64,000 nt of DNA from an uncultured Nitrososphaerales archaeon (GCA_963713605.1 CAVQMO010000010.1:160001-224000), one strand, 5' to 3'; counted from the stretch's first letter, positions 1 through 11,695 are shown. Notes: generated by a model not told the origin, from the sequence alone. Translations and numbers: made by a program.

Positions 1-447
1 CAAGCCTTGAGCCTTTTTTAGCAAGTATTGAGACTTGTTGCTGCGGCTGTTCATTTCTTGCTGATACAGGTGTAGTTGTTCTGGTTTCCTGTCTAGTCCA
101 GTGTACCTTATTCTTTTTACGTCATCATATCCAGCAAATTTTCCAATCACAGATCCCTTCCCTTGAATCATTACGAAGAATAGTTTTGACCAGTCTTCGT
201 CGTATTCATCTATTAGTAACGCAACATTCGGATTTTCTTGAATATTCCTTACTCGTCGTAGTCGTTCAGGATCATTATCCCTTTTAGGTTTTTTATCTAT
301 CGGAATATAATAAGAGTTTCCATCGAATACAAAGACGACAGGTACAATATGCGGCTTGGCTTCTTCAAAATCGATAGTGGCTAGTCGGGCGACTCTGGCA
401 TCATTTACCAAGGACAGGACGTATTTGTTATTGCTCTTGTCTACCAC
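1..447 (-). CDS. PPOX-class (pyridoxamine 5'-phosphate oxidase-like) putative F420-dependent enzyme, runs off window start
   Basis: Manual translation (absent from ORF track): ARVARLATIDFEEAKPHIVPVVFVFDG...IDKKPK...RLRRVRNIQENPNVALLIDEYDEDWSKL, typical of the PPOX/F420 family. Confidence 0.8.
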   Translation of the reverse strand, partial: MVDKSNNKYVLSLVNDARVARLATIDFEEAKPHIVPVVFVFDGNSYYIPIDKKPKRDNDPERLRRVRNIQENPNVALLIDEYDEDWSKLFFVMIQGKGSVIGKFAGYDDVKRIRYTGLDRKPEQLHLYQQEMNSRSNKSQYLLKKAQGL

Positions 448-556
448 AACCTAAATAATAAGGCTTGATATAATAAAAATACTCTTAATACGAAATCATA
501 AATTAACACTAGCATTAAGAAGTATCTCCCTCTTCAAGTTTCATTAGATTTAGTCT

Positions 557-1690
557 TTATTTTGAAGTGCTAGCATCGATGAATAGATTATACATTTTTC
601 CAGTACTTTCATCCACATAAGTCCATGAGCTGGGTCTTACTTTCAATATCTTAAATTTTGAGCGTACCGTCTTGTCAATTAACTTTTTATAAACTGATTG
701 ACCAATAACTATTCTGTTTGGATTAGCAAGTGGAGTCATCTTTACTGCCATGTTTATCGTGTGCCCCAGTATATCGCAATGAGGTTCCTTGACTAACTTA
801 TCTTGATCACACTTATGGATATCAAAGCCGTATTGTATTATCGCGTTCTCTCCTAGATCGATCCCTATTCGAACACCTAATTCAGGATAATCAAACTGAT
901 TAAGTATGGGATTCATTCCTTGTAGAATGATTCTCACCATTGATCTTCCGCAGTCTATTGCGTTAATGCATGAGAGGAAGTAATTGTCTTCACCCCTCTC
1001 TAGGTTGCCTGAGGAAGATCTATTTTCATTGTGCCTTTTGAATCTCTCATCGAATCCGTCTTTCATATTGGGCGGGCTGTAGTCATTTTCAGAATGCAAC
1101 GATCCCCCTGGAACAAAAAATCCTATTACTGCATCTCCAATATATTTTAAGACGTATCCACCATACATATTTATTAGTATTGACATCTCTTGTGTAAAGG
1201 CTTGCATTATTGTTGTTAGTCTATCTAAAGGAACACTCATTGAAAGCCTAGTAGATCCGACTAAATCTACGTGCAAAATTACCAATTGGACCTTGGACTT
1301 CGCTAGTTTTTTCAGTATGCTTTTAGTTTCTTCTGTTGAAATTGTAAATTCGGGTTCGGATTTTAGAGCTTTCCAAATTCTTGTTTCAGCATTCTTAATC
1401 GCCTGCTCAATGTCTACTACTGCATCGAGATAAAATGTAGAACCTAGCGAAGGGTTATTAGAAACCTGTTCCTCCAATAAGAGACGTTTCCTTTCTTCCT
1501 GTTTTTTTATATCTTGTATTATTTGATCGACTTCATCCTTATCTATGTCAACTTGATCTGCAATTGTTTCTGGTGGGATTCCAGAGTTAAACAAATTTAG
1601 AATGGTTTGTAGCTGTTGCTCTACTTGCCTATGCATATAATTTTTTTTGTCATTATCGCTATCCATTGGTGGCTCTCCGGAGGTGGTCAT
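557..1690 (-). CDS. Class III adenylate/guanylate cyclase
   Basis: Motifs LHVDLVGST, LKYIGDAV, VRIGIDLG, DILGHTINMAVKM; N-terminal HTH-like/coiled segment. Confidence 0.9.
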   Translation of the reverse strand: MTTSGEPPMDSDNDKKNYMHRQVEQQLQTILNLFNSGIPPETIADQVDIDKDEVDQIIQDIKKQEERKRLLLEEQVSNNPSLGSTFYLDAVVDIEQAIKNAETRIWKALKSEPEFTISTEETKSILKKLAKSKVQLVILHVDLVGSTRLSMSVPLDRLTTIMQAFTQEMSILINMYGGYVLKYIGDAVIGFFVPGGSLHSENDYSPPNMKDGFDERFKRHNENRSSSGNLERGEDNYFLSCINAIDCGRSMVRIILQGMNPILNQFDYPELGVRIGIDLGENAIIQYGFDIHKCDQDKLVKEPHCDILGHTINMAVKMTPLANPNRIVIGQSVYKKLIDKTVRSKFKILKVRPSSWTYVDESTGKMYNLFIDASTSK

Positions 1691-2296
1691 ATTTTCATGT
1701 AATTGTAAATATAAATAGCGCTACTTATTACTATTCTCATCATCTCGATGCTAGCTTTTCGATTAAGCTGAGAATAGTAGTGGCCGATCAATTCAGTTGA
1801 AAATAATTTTGATAAGATTGGGCTATAGTGAAAATAATTGTGAGGCATTATTGTTATTGTTCACCTACTATTGTAATACAAAATCATTTCTGCAGAAATT
1901 ACTCAAAGTGATTTGTGTGTGCTAGTATATGATTCTCGGCTATTTTCGTGTTAATTTTACTGTAATTAAACTAGTTTGGCATAGCCTTGCGTACTCAAGC
2001 CTCAGAAATTGAGGCTGGTTATCTGAAAGATTAGAATCATAATATTGACAGGGTGTATACCTGAGACCACAGTACCTGTTCGGATACAGCTCTGCAATGG
2101 TACAGAACATGGTATAAAAGGGATTACCTTCTTGTAGTCCTTTAATACGATATTATCTAACTTGTGGTAGAATGTAAATATCAAGGTCTGGCGGCCTGCC
2201 CAATTCCATTTATCCACAGGACCGCCTTGCCTTGTATTATTGCATTCTATCAATAAGTCATTATGGTATGATGTGTTTAGGGTATTGGAATGAAAC

Positions 2297-2473
2297 ATGG
2301 GTATATGGAAATGCTTATGGTGTTCCAAAGTGTTGGAAGGGGAATCCTTTAGGGATTTAGTTGCGGCCTCCCTGAAGGAGGAATACGGACAACACGTACA
2401 CGTCTGGGAAAATATTATTATGGTCCAGAAAAAGGCAGTCTCTATATTAGAAAGTAGACTGGTGTCAGTTTAG
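2297..2473 (+). CDS. 58-aa zinc-finger-like microprotein (CxxC...HxH), paralog of 26961..27137
   Basis: Manual translation MGIWKCLWCSKVLEGESFRDLVAASLKEEYGQHVHVWENI...; same length as and 34/40 N-terminal residues identical to the second copy. Confidence 0.7.
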   Translation: MGIWKCLWCSKVLEGESFRDLVAASLKEEYGQHVHVWENIIMVQKKAVSILESRLVSV

Positions 2474-2822
2474 TCGTTCTTCATTTATTATGGTTACTAT
2501 CTGCCTCTGCGTCATGTATCCCGATTTTTTTGAGTCTGATCGGCATGAATTGTTCCTGTCAACGGCACAATTATTAGATTATATTATTATGATCTGAAAA
2601 ACGATTTGCCGTATGGAAATTCGTGCGTGTATTACATATGTAAGGAAGCATATGAAAAACTCATGCGACTCAGCGCTGAAGAAAAAGGGGTTCTAGAACG
2701 GCGGTCGTTTTCCTTTATTTGATCCATATTTACCCCTGAGAGTAATTTATCAAATTCAATTAGTAAACGGAAATTTAAGGCTACTAGTACAATTGCGAGC
2801 TAGTATAAAGCAAGCAAGATAA

Positions 2823-2840
2823 TAGAGCCACGTGGCTCTA
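2823..2840. repeat. Perfect 18-bp palindrome TAGAGCCACGTGGCTCTA
   Basis: Sequence equals its own reverse complement; intergenic. Confidence 0.85.
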
Positions 2841-4787
2841 CGAGGTATTTTTTGTGAAATCTTCATTTATGCAGACAGATATGAATGAAGTGGTATTATG
2901 GTAGCTCTAGATATTCTTAACCTTTCTGCAATGATTTTACATCACTTACTCCCCTAATCATCTTCTTCTGATTCTTCTTTCATATTATTATCTTCATCTG
3001 TATCCTCTTCTATTAGCGTAGTTTGTCTGATTGAAATGTACCTTTAAGTCCTATTGGCATTCCCTCCTGTTGAGTGCAAGTCAAGCATTTGTTTGAAGTC
3101 TACCTTATTCGAGTACTGTCACCTGTATTTACACGACAAATCATGAAATGATTATTGGAAAAAAGTAACTGTCTTACACCTAGCCTTCGAGGTATACATT
3201 TTTCCTAGATTTTGGATAAAAGTAGCTCTATATACTATAACTTACTTTCATATTTTAAATTCCATTTCTTCATCCATAAGCTATTTTCATCTTATTTAAT
3301 TAAATCATATTCCAAAATAGTAATGCTGCTTTCAAGCGTCCAATCCCTGACAAAAGGCAGCAAATGGCAAAATGGAACACCTTCGGCATCGAAGCACATA
3401 TGGGCCCCTGGTCTTATAGAATTTCTTCCAGGGGCCTTCTAGGTATCAAAACAATTCACACCTTCTAATTATTGGATTTGAATGTGGGAGTCAAGTACAA
3501 CACTAAGAACAGGATCAATCTTGAAATCTAATAACTCATAGAGATAAAATTATTTCAATCCTGGTTGTAAATATTACATGAAATGAGCAAGAAAACAGAA
3601 TTAATAAGTAAAGGGAGAAAGTCAGCGTCAGCGTGTGAATACTGCCTGTGATTGTGGATATTGTAATACAGGAGGTTAGTCTAAATCTTCTTTTTACATA
3701 TTCTGAAGTATAACCACTGTTTATCACCAATAAGGGATATTTCTAATCCTTAGATTTGTGTAATATGATAGTCAAATGTCGACTAGCCCAATCGATAGGA
3801 GGGGCTTGGTCGCCACTTTCCTCATATTGGTTTTCCAGGTTTATTGATACTACTAAGACAATAACGAAATTAGAAATTTTATCTGGTATCTGAAGTCGAA
3901 TAGATGGATGGCTGTCTACCTTTGGATGGTGTTACCGGTTCAGACTCTTACTACGATTAATTATGTTTTAAAAATCCATTTATTACAATAGAAAAGGTAG
4001 AACGACCGAATGGATGGACCGATCTTGCCATCCTATCTAACCGCACTGGTTCGTGGCAAACTTACAACAAACTTTACATTTCGTAAAATGTAATGTTCTA
4101 ACTGGTTACTACGACACAGGATCTTAGCGCCGCAGAAATTTCATCTACAGATTGATATGCTTCCATCATTTCGTGTGATAAGATGTCGTCTTTACAGAAT
4201 CCAATATGCCTTTGAAAAGTGACCTGATGTGTATCCAATATATGCGAACCCAAATCCTATTAGTAATGATATTCCTATGATAACGACGATCGTAAGCTTC
4301 AATGTCCTATGGTTGGTCGCTAAGGGGTTATCTGCAGGTATATTTTTCTTCTTTACTTCTAATTTTTTTACCTACAGCATTTTGCTATGAGATCTAATAG
4401 CATACATCAAAACAGAAATAAAAAAGATTGGGAGTAGGCTAACCATTGAGTATTACACAATAGGAACAATACGATGATGAAGTAGTAATAGAGCTTCCAA
4501 GTGAAGATATACTCTGCCAATTATTATTATTGAACAATAGAGTCCTGCAAAAACTGATTTAAGGATTTTGACAATTGTTACTGTTAAGACGATTATTCCA
4601 AAAGTTATGATTTTATTTTTCGTGGAACTGATATTCGTGTTCAGTTGTAGCGTGGTAATTGGATTTGAAAGTTCGAAACTTGAATTATTACGTGGTGTTA
4701 CCACATAGATACCCAAACAAATCAGATCGGATATTTTTCATATTAATTTAATCAAAAAACAGTGCCCTACCAATCCAGGAATCTTTC

Positions 4788-5925
4788 CTATAATAGGATA
4801 TTTAGGGTATATGGATTCACTTGAAATGTTGCCGGCAAAATTCCTATTGGTTCTCCATCAATGGCAACTGTTATGTCTCTTTCCATTGATTTTATTGATA
4901 CCTTTCTGGCTTGCTTGTAGATCACATCGACTACATTTGTATAATTACCTGTTTTTATATTTGCCAACTTGTCAAGCATTTTAAGGCTACCCGAATCTCT
5001 TAGAATAACAACATCTAATAACCCGTCTGAAAAACTTGCTTCTGGTGCTGCCATAAACCCACCACCAAGGAATTTGCCATTGGCAATTATACCCATCGTC
5101 ATTTTTGTGACTACTTTATCTTTCCCATCATCAAACACTATCTCACAGTTATTGCTTTCATACGTGGGTAGAGTAGCAATAACGCTGGTGATTGTCGATA
5201 CCACACGGTTCTTAACTCTATTTCTTACTTTTTTTGACCTATCTATAACTTCCGCTCCGAATCCAATCTCAGCTGCATTTAGAAATGCTCGGGTAGGCAC
5301 CTTTGAACGGTTCGTAGGATTAGTGACAGTAGCTGTTAGGTACATCAATCTTTTTTGTACTACCTTGCAAATAATTATGACAGCACTCATCTATACCTTG
5401 AGGCAAATTTAGAGACTTGGCCAATACATTCCTTGTACCACTAGGGATTATGCCGAATATGGCCTCCGAGTTTATAGGCAGCAGAATGTCAGGTTGAGGG
5501 AAATTATTTTTATTTTCCTGAACTCCAACATCATTCTTAGAAAAAGGGACTAGTTTCTTTTTGTCATCTTGTCTTCTTTCTGGCAAGAAAAAACCGTTTG
5601 TGACTTCATTTATGGTTCCGTCTCCCCCAATTGCAATGACCTTTTTAACGCCTCTCTTCAAAAATTTTCTCGTAAGCAGGGTTCCATCATTGGCTTTTTT
5701 AGTGAATCCTATTTGGGTGTTTTTGCCAAACGTATCTTTCATCTTGATATAAAGGTTATCCCAATCCTTGCCCGTTGAACCGCTCGAAGAAGTGGGGTTA
5801 ATAACCAAGAGAGTATCAATATACTTCGATTTTTTCCTATGATTTTGTTCATGGCTGCGACTTGCAGTGATAGGTACTGATTCTTCCTCCTTTTCTAATA
5901 GCAATATCCACAATGATAATACCAA
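4788..5925 (-). CDS. Diacylglycerol/lipid kinase family (YegS/DAGK), frameshifted near 5350-5390
   Basis: INPTS, IAIGGDGTINEV and GIIPSGTRN in the first ORF; IIANGKFLGGG, DGLLDV and AIDGE in the second. Confidence 0.85.
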
Positions 5926-6333
5926 GGATAATTCTTAAGTGTAGCTACAGAGAGATCTTTCAAATTATTTCGGGGAATAGGGTACAAGCCTGCCATGGTG
6001 TATTTTATTCTCGCAATTCATATAGTACAATTGACTATCTCTTATTTGCATTTTTCTGGAGTATCATATTTAATGACAGACAAATCTCGACAATGAGACG
6101 TATGAACAGAGCCGTTGGCAATATTAGTGTATACTGCTAACGTCGGAACTGCTTCTCCAGGCTGCCAGATCGGTAAATAGTACTCCTTAATAGCTAAATG
6201 AATTGCTTGGTTGATGAATTATGATATCATACAAAATTTTCAGAAATTATTTTAATAAATAGTGCGCCATGTAGAAACTTTCAAATCTTGTAATGTTTGT
6301 ATACTCCAATACATCCAGCAAAAGATATAACTG

Positions 6334-6708
6334 TTAGCCCCGATTTCCCTTCTCAATCAATTCGTTGATAACAAATCTATGACAATGTTTGTCCATGCCT
6401 ATACAATGACACAATAATGTGACATCTTGATCTCTACTCATCTGTCCTAACTCTTTGATTTCATCTAATGCATCAGGATTATTCTTTATTTCAGATAGAA
6501 AGCGTTTCTTATATACAGACCAATTTACCCTTTTGTCTATCATGTATTCCTTATGGAGTTGTCTACTCGGAGCAAGTTCTTTCCACCATTCATGCCAATT
6601 TTCTTCAGATTTTGGAAGGTATCTTGGCCTATATCGCGCAACCAGTATTCTGAATCCGTCATGTTGTTCCGTTGGTTCCTTTAGTGATTTCAGCTTTAAT
6701 CCAGGCAT
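6334..6708 (-). CDS. DUF488/YeaO family protein
   Basis: DGFRILVARYRPR, WWKELAPSRQL, VTLLCHC...HCHR. Confidence 0.85.
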   Translation of the reverse strand: MPGLKLKSLKEPTEQHDGFRILVARYRPRYLPKSEENWHEWWKELAPSRQLHKEYMIDKRVNWSVYKKRFLSEIKNNPDALDEIKELGQMSRDQDVTLLCHCIGMDKHCHRFVINELIEKGNRG

Positions 6709-7424
6709 TTTCCTGTGTATAACACCTCTTTGTTATCCTCCTAATATTATTTGTTTTTCAGTTGGTTGACACAATAAGGGTACTTTGGTTGACATTTGGT
6801 TCAGATCCTTATTAGCGCTAATTTTAGCGCTGTTGTCAATCTGGTTAGCCTGAAACTTAGTTCTCTGGCCTATCTTCTGATGAACGATACAAGATAACCA
6901 ATAATGCCTCGAATTAAAGCCATTTATTGAAGCGGGGAAGCTACATGAGAACGGAATTAGAAAGCAATAGATCTGACTGTTTATCGTCAAAATGATTTAC
7001 CCAAATTAGCTACGATACTTAAACTTAATTTCCAAAGGGGTCATTATATAACAAATTAGAATCATCTACTTGTGCCTTCCATTTCAACAAGTATGCATAT
7101 CAGTAACATAATGCACATGTAAAGATTCTCCTTGATGCTTTTGTTAAAAGCCTATCATAGTTTTTTGCTTGCTATAATGGTGAAAAGGTTCCTATCTATG
7201 CAATTGGTACTAGTCAGCAATACTACTTTTGGAATTGTTATTTTTCCTTTCATTTGGTCTGTACAGGTATTTGGTGGCCAGTTAGAAAAGAATGACGCAA
7301 GTAAAACAATATAAGATCTTGGACGTACATAGATCTATATAAAAACTATGCTGGGCATCATCGATCAAATGGAGTAACCCAAGGGAAAGGAATTAATAAT
7401 GACCAACAAAGAATAGCGATTACT

Positions 7425-8030
7425 TTGACAGCATCGTCACTGTTAATTTCGAATATTAGCATTATGATGTTTGCTTGCTATCTAACTAACTTTTCAATTA
7501 CTGATACTACTTGGCCGAAGATAGCGAGCGCGCAAACCGATGAAGAGGCGAATAGGGTAAACCTTAGCACAGATTCTACAAATACTCATGCGAGGACAAC
7601 CTTCTCCGCAATAGGCCAAATAAGTTCTTTAGTAATCACTGTCAGTGAACCTGACTTCAACATTACGAATGCTTTTAAGGTCATCCTGACAGGTGAATGG
7701 AATCTGAGTGTCAATAATGGTAAAGTAACAAACTTTTCGGTAAACCTTCTTGCATCACCCATGGATGGCAGTAAGCCACATATACACCAGATAGTTAACC
7801 TTAACACATACGATGATGAAGAACCAATTGCCTTATCAGAAGACAAGAATTTATCGTTAAATGGAACTGCTGACATTAAAATAAACGGTGTACTTGTCTG
7901 GGATAATGCCAACGTATCAATATCGATTTCTAATGGAAATACATTTAATATCGATCCGAGTGATTTGGACACGCAGAACCATTTTGGAGATCAACAAGTA
8001 TTTGGTATTGTTACTCGTCTGATTTACTGA
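7425..8030 (+). CDS. Secreted beta-rich hypothetical protein
   Basis: 201-aa ORF with hydrophobic N-terminus and ASAQ cleavage-like site; DGSKPHIH and NHFGDQQVFG motifs resemble thaumarchaeal exported proteins. Confidence 0.6.
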   Translation: MTASSLLISNISIMMFACYLTNFSITDTTWPKIASAQTDEEANRVNLSTDSTNTHARTTFSAIGQISSLVITVSEPDFNITNAFKVILTGEWNLSVNNGKVTNFSVNLLASPMDGSKPHIHQIVNLNTYDDEEPIALSEDKNLSLNGTADIKINGVLVWDNANVSISISNGNTFNIDPSDLDTQNHFGDQQVFGIVTRLIY

Positions 8031-8401
8031 CTACTAGAAATGAAATCTTGGACTGTTTTGGATAAAGAGATAATTAGAGGGCAGAAATATTTCGTTATTT
8101 AGAACCGTTATGCTACTGTAATGTAGTTGTATTATTACCTAATGTCCAATCATGTGTTTATTTTTAGATAAGATTTTTGCATGCGAATGCTTGAAGAAGA
8201 GTACAGTAGTCACAAGACTAATGATCAATTCGGTAACAACAATTTCGGGAGCATTAGTAGTCTTTACCCTTTTTTTGTCAAAAGGATTACCAAAAGAAAT
8301 CGGAATCTGAAAAAGTCCTGTTATAATTGCTTATTCTAATCTGAGTAGCCCCATTAAACTATCACGTGAAAAAGGATACCTCAACTGGACTATAATCTTC
8401 C

Positions 8402-8449
8402 AATTCCATATTTTGCAAAGAATTCCATATTTTGCAAAGAATTCCATAT
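8402..8449. repeat. 19-bp tandem repeat x2.5 (AATTCCATATTTTGCAAAG)
   Basis: Direct inspection. Confidence 0.85.
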
Positions 8450-9047
8450 CGTTGTTTTACTCCAAACACAAATCAAAAATATCTCCGTAGGCCTTTATGA
8501 TTAAAATGATAAAGAACTTAAGGGAAGAAAGCAATACTCCCATTATCATTAAGCGACCAAAGGAAAGAGGGAAGCTTGTTTAATTATCATGTTCCTAAAT
8601 GCTAAGATCATTTGGCCTTGATTATAACGACTATTTAGCAGGATTACTCATTATTTTGCAGAAGAAAATAGGGGATTATATTCCAATTTGATCATTTTTC
8701 ATGTTGTATGCTAGTAATGTACTATAGAGGTGTCGTATTTTATCAATACATAACATATACTTAAGAATCTGTTAGTTGTTAAATGGACACCCATATCTGC
8801 TTTATTTAGAATTAACAAGTATGATGATTTTTTAAGTGACATGAGAAGGTTGATAGGCAAGAACACTAATCGTTATATTATTTGTACTCTCTCTCAATTT
8901 AGGTCGACAAAATAGTAGCATATATCGTACTCTAATTTCTTCACTTTCTTTTATTTAGGCCAGTACATTTTTTATAAAGGCGATTAACGAAGTTAGCTAC
9001 ATCTATTACATAAGTATATATCCCAAATTGAATGATCTTCTTTATCA

Positions 9048-10664
9048 GTGGTAAACAGGAAGGCTGACCGTTACCCTCATAATTATGAATGTCTGCATAA
9101 ACTTACACTTGATGGAATGACTAATTCAAGAAAGGTAGAAGATGAGAGAAATGAAAGAGAAATGAAAGAAAAAACCAAGGCTGTTCATCAAGAAAAGATT
9201 AGGGTGGTTATAATTTCAATAATTGCTTCTTCTGGATTAATGATATTAAAATTTTCTATTGGTGCTTTAACAAATAGTCTTGGCATTTTATCGGAAGGCA
9301 TGAATTCAGGTCTGGATCTCATTGCAGGTCTAGTGACACTTTATGCCATACGTATGGTGTTAAGGCCATCCGATCCATCATATACATATGGTTATGGAAA
9401 ATTTGAAAGTTTATCATCATTAGCTCAAATAATTCTTTTGCTTGTAGTCGCAAGTTGGGTAACTTATGAGGCGATAAATAGAATACTATTTGAAAATGTT
9501 AGCCCTGAGATCAGTATATTTTCTATTTTGATTATGTTTGTGTCGATAGGGATTGATTATGGAAGATCAAGAGCTTTGTATAGGACCGCGAGAAAATTTG
9601 ATAGTCAAGCACTTGAAGCCGATGGACTCCATTTTAGAGCAGACATGTTCTCTTCTGCTATAGTCGTTGCTGGTCTACTCATAGTACTCTTGTTTAATAT
9701 TCCTGATGCTGATGCGTATGCTGCTCTTGGCGTAGCAGCCGTAATCTTATATGCGTCACTTGGATTAGGAAGAAGAACGCTAAGTGTATTATTGGACAAA
9801 GCACCTAAGGGTATATACCGGGAAGTCATTCAAGCAGTGTCAGATTTGGAAGGCGTGACCAGACCACACAACATTCGAATTAGAAATATTGGATCCGAAA
9901 CTTTAGTTGAGATGCATATTGAAGTTCCCAGAACTTTTACTCATGACAGAGCTCACAGAGTAGCGACCTCTGTAGAACAAAAAATAGAACATATCTTGCC
10001 TAGTTCCAAGGTTTTGGTACACGTAGATGCAACGGAATCTGCTAATGAAACTATTTTTGATAAGATTAGACTAATTGCTGCCGAAACAGAAGGCATAAGA
10101 AATGTTCACTCATTACACGTATCAAGGATATCATCTCCCCTTTCGGCTTTGGCTGTTTCCTCACTAGACTCCCCTCAAAAGCGATACTATACTGCTGCGT
10201 TAAATGTAGAGGCGAAAAAGTCTCAATACGCCACTAATGAACCTCGACTTCACCTGTATCTGGATGCACAGATGGGGCCGAGTCTTGATCTCAATACCGC
10301 TCATTCCATCGTAGACTCCTTTGAAGAGAAGTTAAAAAAAGAAGTTTTACAGATAAAAGACATAACTACCCATATTGAGATTGAATCTCCAGTAGAAGAT
10401 CTAAGAATGGCAGGTACTGAGAAAAGGGTAGGTCCGGAGCTCCTGATGAAAATAAAAGAAGTAATGCTATCTATCGATGAAGTATTCGATTTCAAGGATA
10501 TTCGAGTATTTGATGTAACTGGAGGACAGCATATAACTTTGACAATCTGTCTTACTTCATCCATTACATTGGAGGTTGCACACAAAATTGCTACCAAAGT
10601 TCAAAATATGATAATTTATCGTACAGGAGCAACGAGAGTAGTAGTACATACTGAAACGACCTGA
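9048..10664 (+). CDS. Cation diffusion facilitator (FieF-like) with multiple C-terminal dimerisation domains
   Basis: Multiple TM helices, YGYGKFE, ALEADGLHFRAD, and three repeats of the AH..A....E/Q...VH.D/E dimerisation motif. Confidence 0.9.
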   Translation: MVNRKADRYPHNYECLHKLTLDGMTNSRKVEDERNEREMKEKTKAVHQEKIRVVIISIIASSGLMILKFSIGALTNSLGILSEGMNSGLDLIAGLVTLYAIRMVLRPSDPSYTYGYGKFESLSSLAQIILLLVVASWVTYEAINRILFENVSPEISIFSILIMFVSIGIDYGRSRALYRTARKFDSQALEADGLHFRADMFSSAIVVAGLLIVLLFNIPDADAYAALGVAAVILYASLGLGRRTLSVLLDKAPKGIYREVIQAVSDLEGVTRPHNIRIRNIGSETLVEMHIEVPRTFTHDRAHRVATSVEQKIEHILPSSKVLVHVDATESANETIFDKIRLIAAETEGIRNVHSLHVSRISSPLSALAVSSLDSPQKRYYTAALNVEAKKSQYATNEPRLHLYLDAQMGPSLDLNTAHSIVDSFEEKLKKEVLQIKDITTHIEIESPVEDLRMAGTEKRVGPELLMKIKEVMLSIDEVFDFKDIRVFDVTGGQHITLTICLTSSITLEVAHKIATKVQNMIIYRTGATRVVVHTETT

Positions 10665-10813
10665 AGAGCTTTTTATTTTTGTCAGAACGATGAAGTTGAG
10701 ACGAATGACCTTGCTCAGAAAGGGTTCATGATGAGCATGCACTATTGACAGTGCTGTTGCGTTAATCATATTAGCTTTTTATTTGGACTAGTATATAGAT
10801 AGAAACGATCACT

Positions 10814-11491
10814 TCAAATATACCTACGTTGGTCGTTTTGAGGGTAAGGATACTCCATCTGACGGGCAGTGGCCACACCTATTTCAGTACCAAAGAAATG
10901 GCTAACAATACACAATGCTAAATCGATTCCAGCTGAAACACCTGCAGACGTGAAGATTGGCTCAACTAACGTGAAGCGGACATCCTTCCGTATTTTCACC
11001 TTGGGAGAAGCTTTACGAAGGAAATCAAATGCTCGCCAGTGTGTTGTTGCCTCACGTCCGTCTAACAACCCTGCTCTTCCAAGAAGGCTAGAACCCGTAC
11101 ACACTGATGCAGTGAGCTTTGTTCGTGCAACTCTATCAGCAATTCTATTCAAAAACTTGACATCATTTATCTCAACCCGGGTACCCCATCCTCCAGGTAC
11201 TATTAACAAATCAAGTTCGGGACAATTATCAAAAGTCACATCAGGAATAAGGCGTAGGCCGCCAATTGCCAAGACCTGCTCCGGTTTTTCCCCTATCAAT
11301 AGCACCCTGAACGGTGAGGGTTCAATGTGTCGTCTCTCCTCATTCAGACGGGCAACCGAGAACACTTCGAATGGACCTGCAACATCCAAGACCTCGACCT
11401 GATTAAAGATTAGGATCCCAACTGTAATAGGTAATTGTTTGTGATACTCGTCCGTATCCATCTGATCTTTACTCTTGAGCTGACTCAACAC
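10814..11491 (-). CDS. DJ-1/PfpI family protein (InhA-like)
   Basis: VEVLDVAGPFEVF, LIVPGGWG, SVCTGS, ATTHW, TSAGVSAGID. Confidence 0.9.
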   Translation of the reverse strand: MLSQLKSKDQMDTDEYHKQLPITVGILIFNQVEVLDVAGPFEVFSVARLNEERRHIEPSPFRVLLIGEKPEQVLAIGGLRLIPDVTFDNCPELDLLIVPGGWGTRVEINDVKFLNRIADRVARTKLTASVCTGSSLLGRAGLLDGREATTHWRAFDFLRKASPKVKIRKDVRFTLVEPIFTSAGVSAGIDLALCIVSHFFGTEIGVATARQMEYPYPQNDQRRYI

Positions 11492-11518
11492 AACCCTCTC
11501 TGGAATTGAATGAATACC

Positions 11519-11695
11519 TCACAGTGGCTTACCGGCTATGAACCAATTCTCTTGGGGTCTTTCATCGTAAGTAATAATGATGTGCTCACGTTTGGTCTTC
11601 AGTATCTGTATAGCTGCCTCGGTTATTGCATCTGCAAAGGCGGCTTTTTGTTCTTTCGTCCTTCCAGGATACAACGAAACTGCAATTATGGGCAT
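11519..11695 (-). CDS. 4-oxalocrotonate tautomerase family protein
   Basis: MPIIAVSLYPGRTKEQKAAFADAIT... with catalytic Pro1 after Met removal; ENWFIAG. Confidence 0.9.
   Translation of the reverse strand: MPIIAVSLYPGRTKEQKAAFADAITEAAIQILKTKREHIIITYDERPQENWFIAGKPL

Noticed and set aside
4969..5778. Plus-strand ORFs over the kinase, and similar antisense ORFs over the CDF, DJ-1, patatin, msrA and terminase genes
   Set aside because: Antisense shadows of well-supported genes with no motifs of their own.
8402..8449. 19-bp tandem repeat as a functional element
   Set aside because: Simple local duplication with no associated gene or structure; recorded as a feature only.
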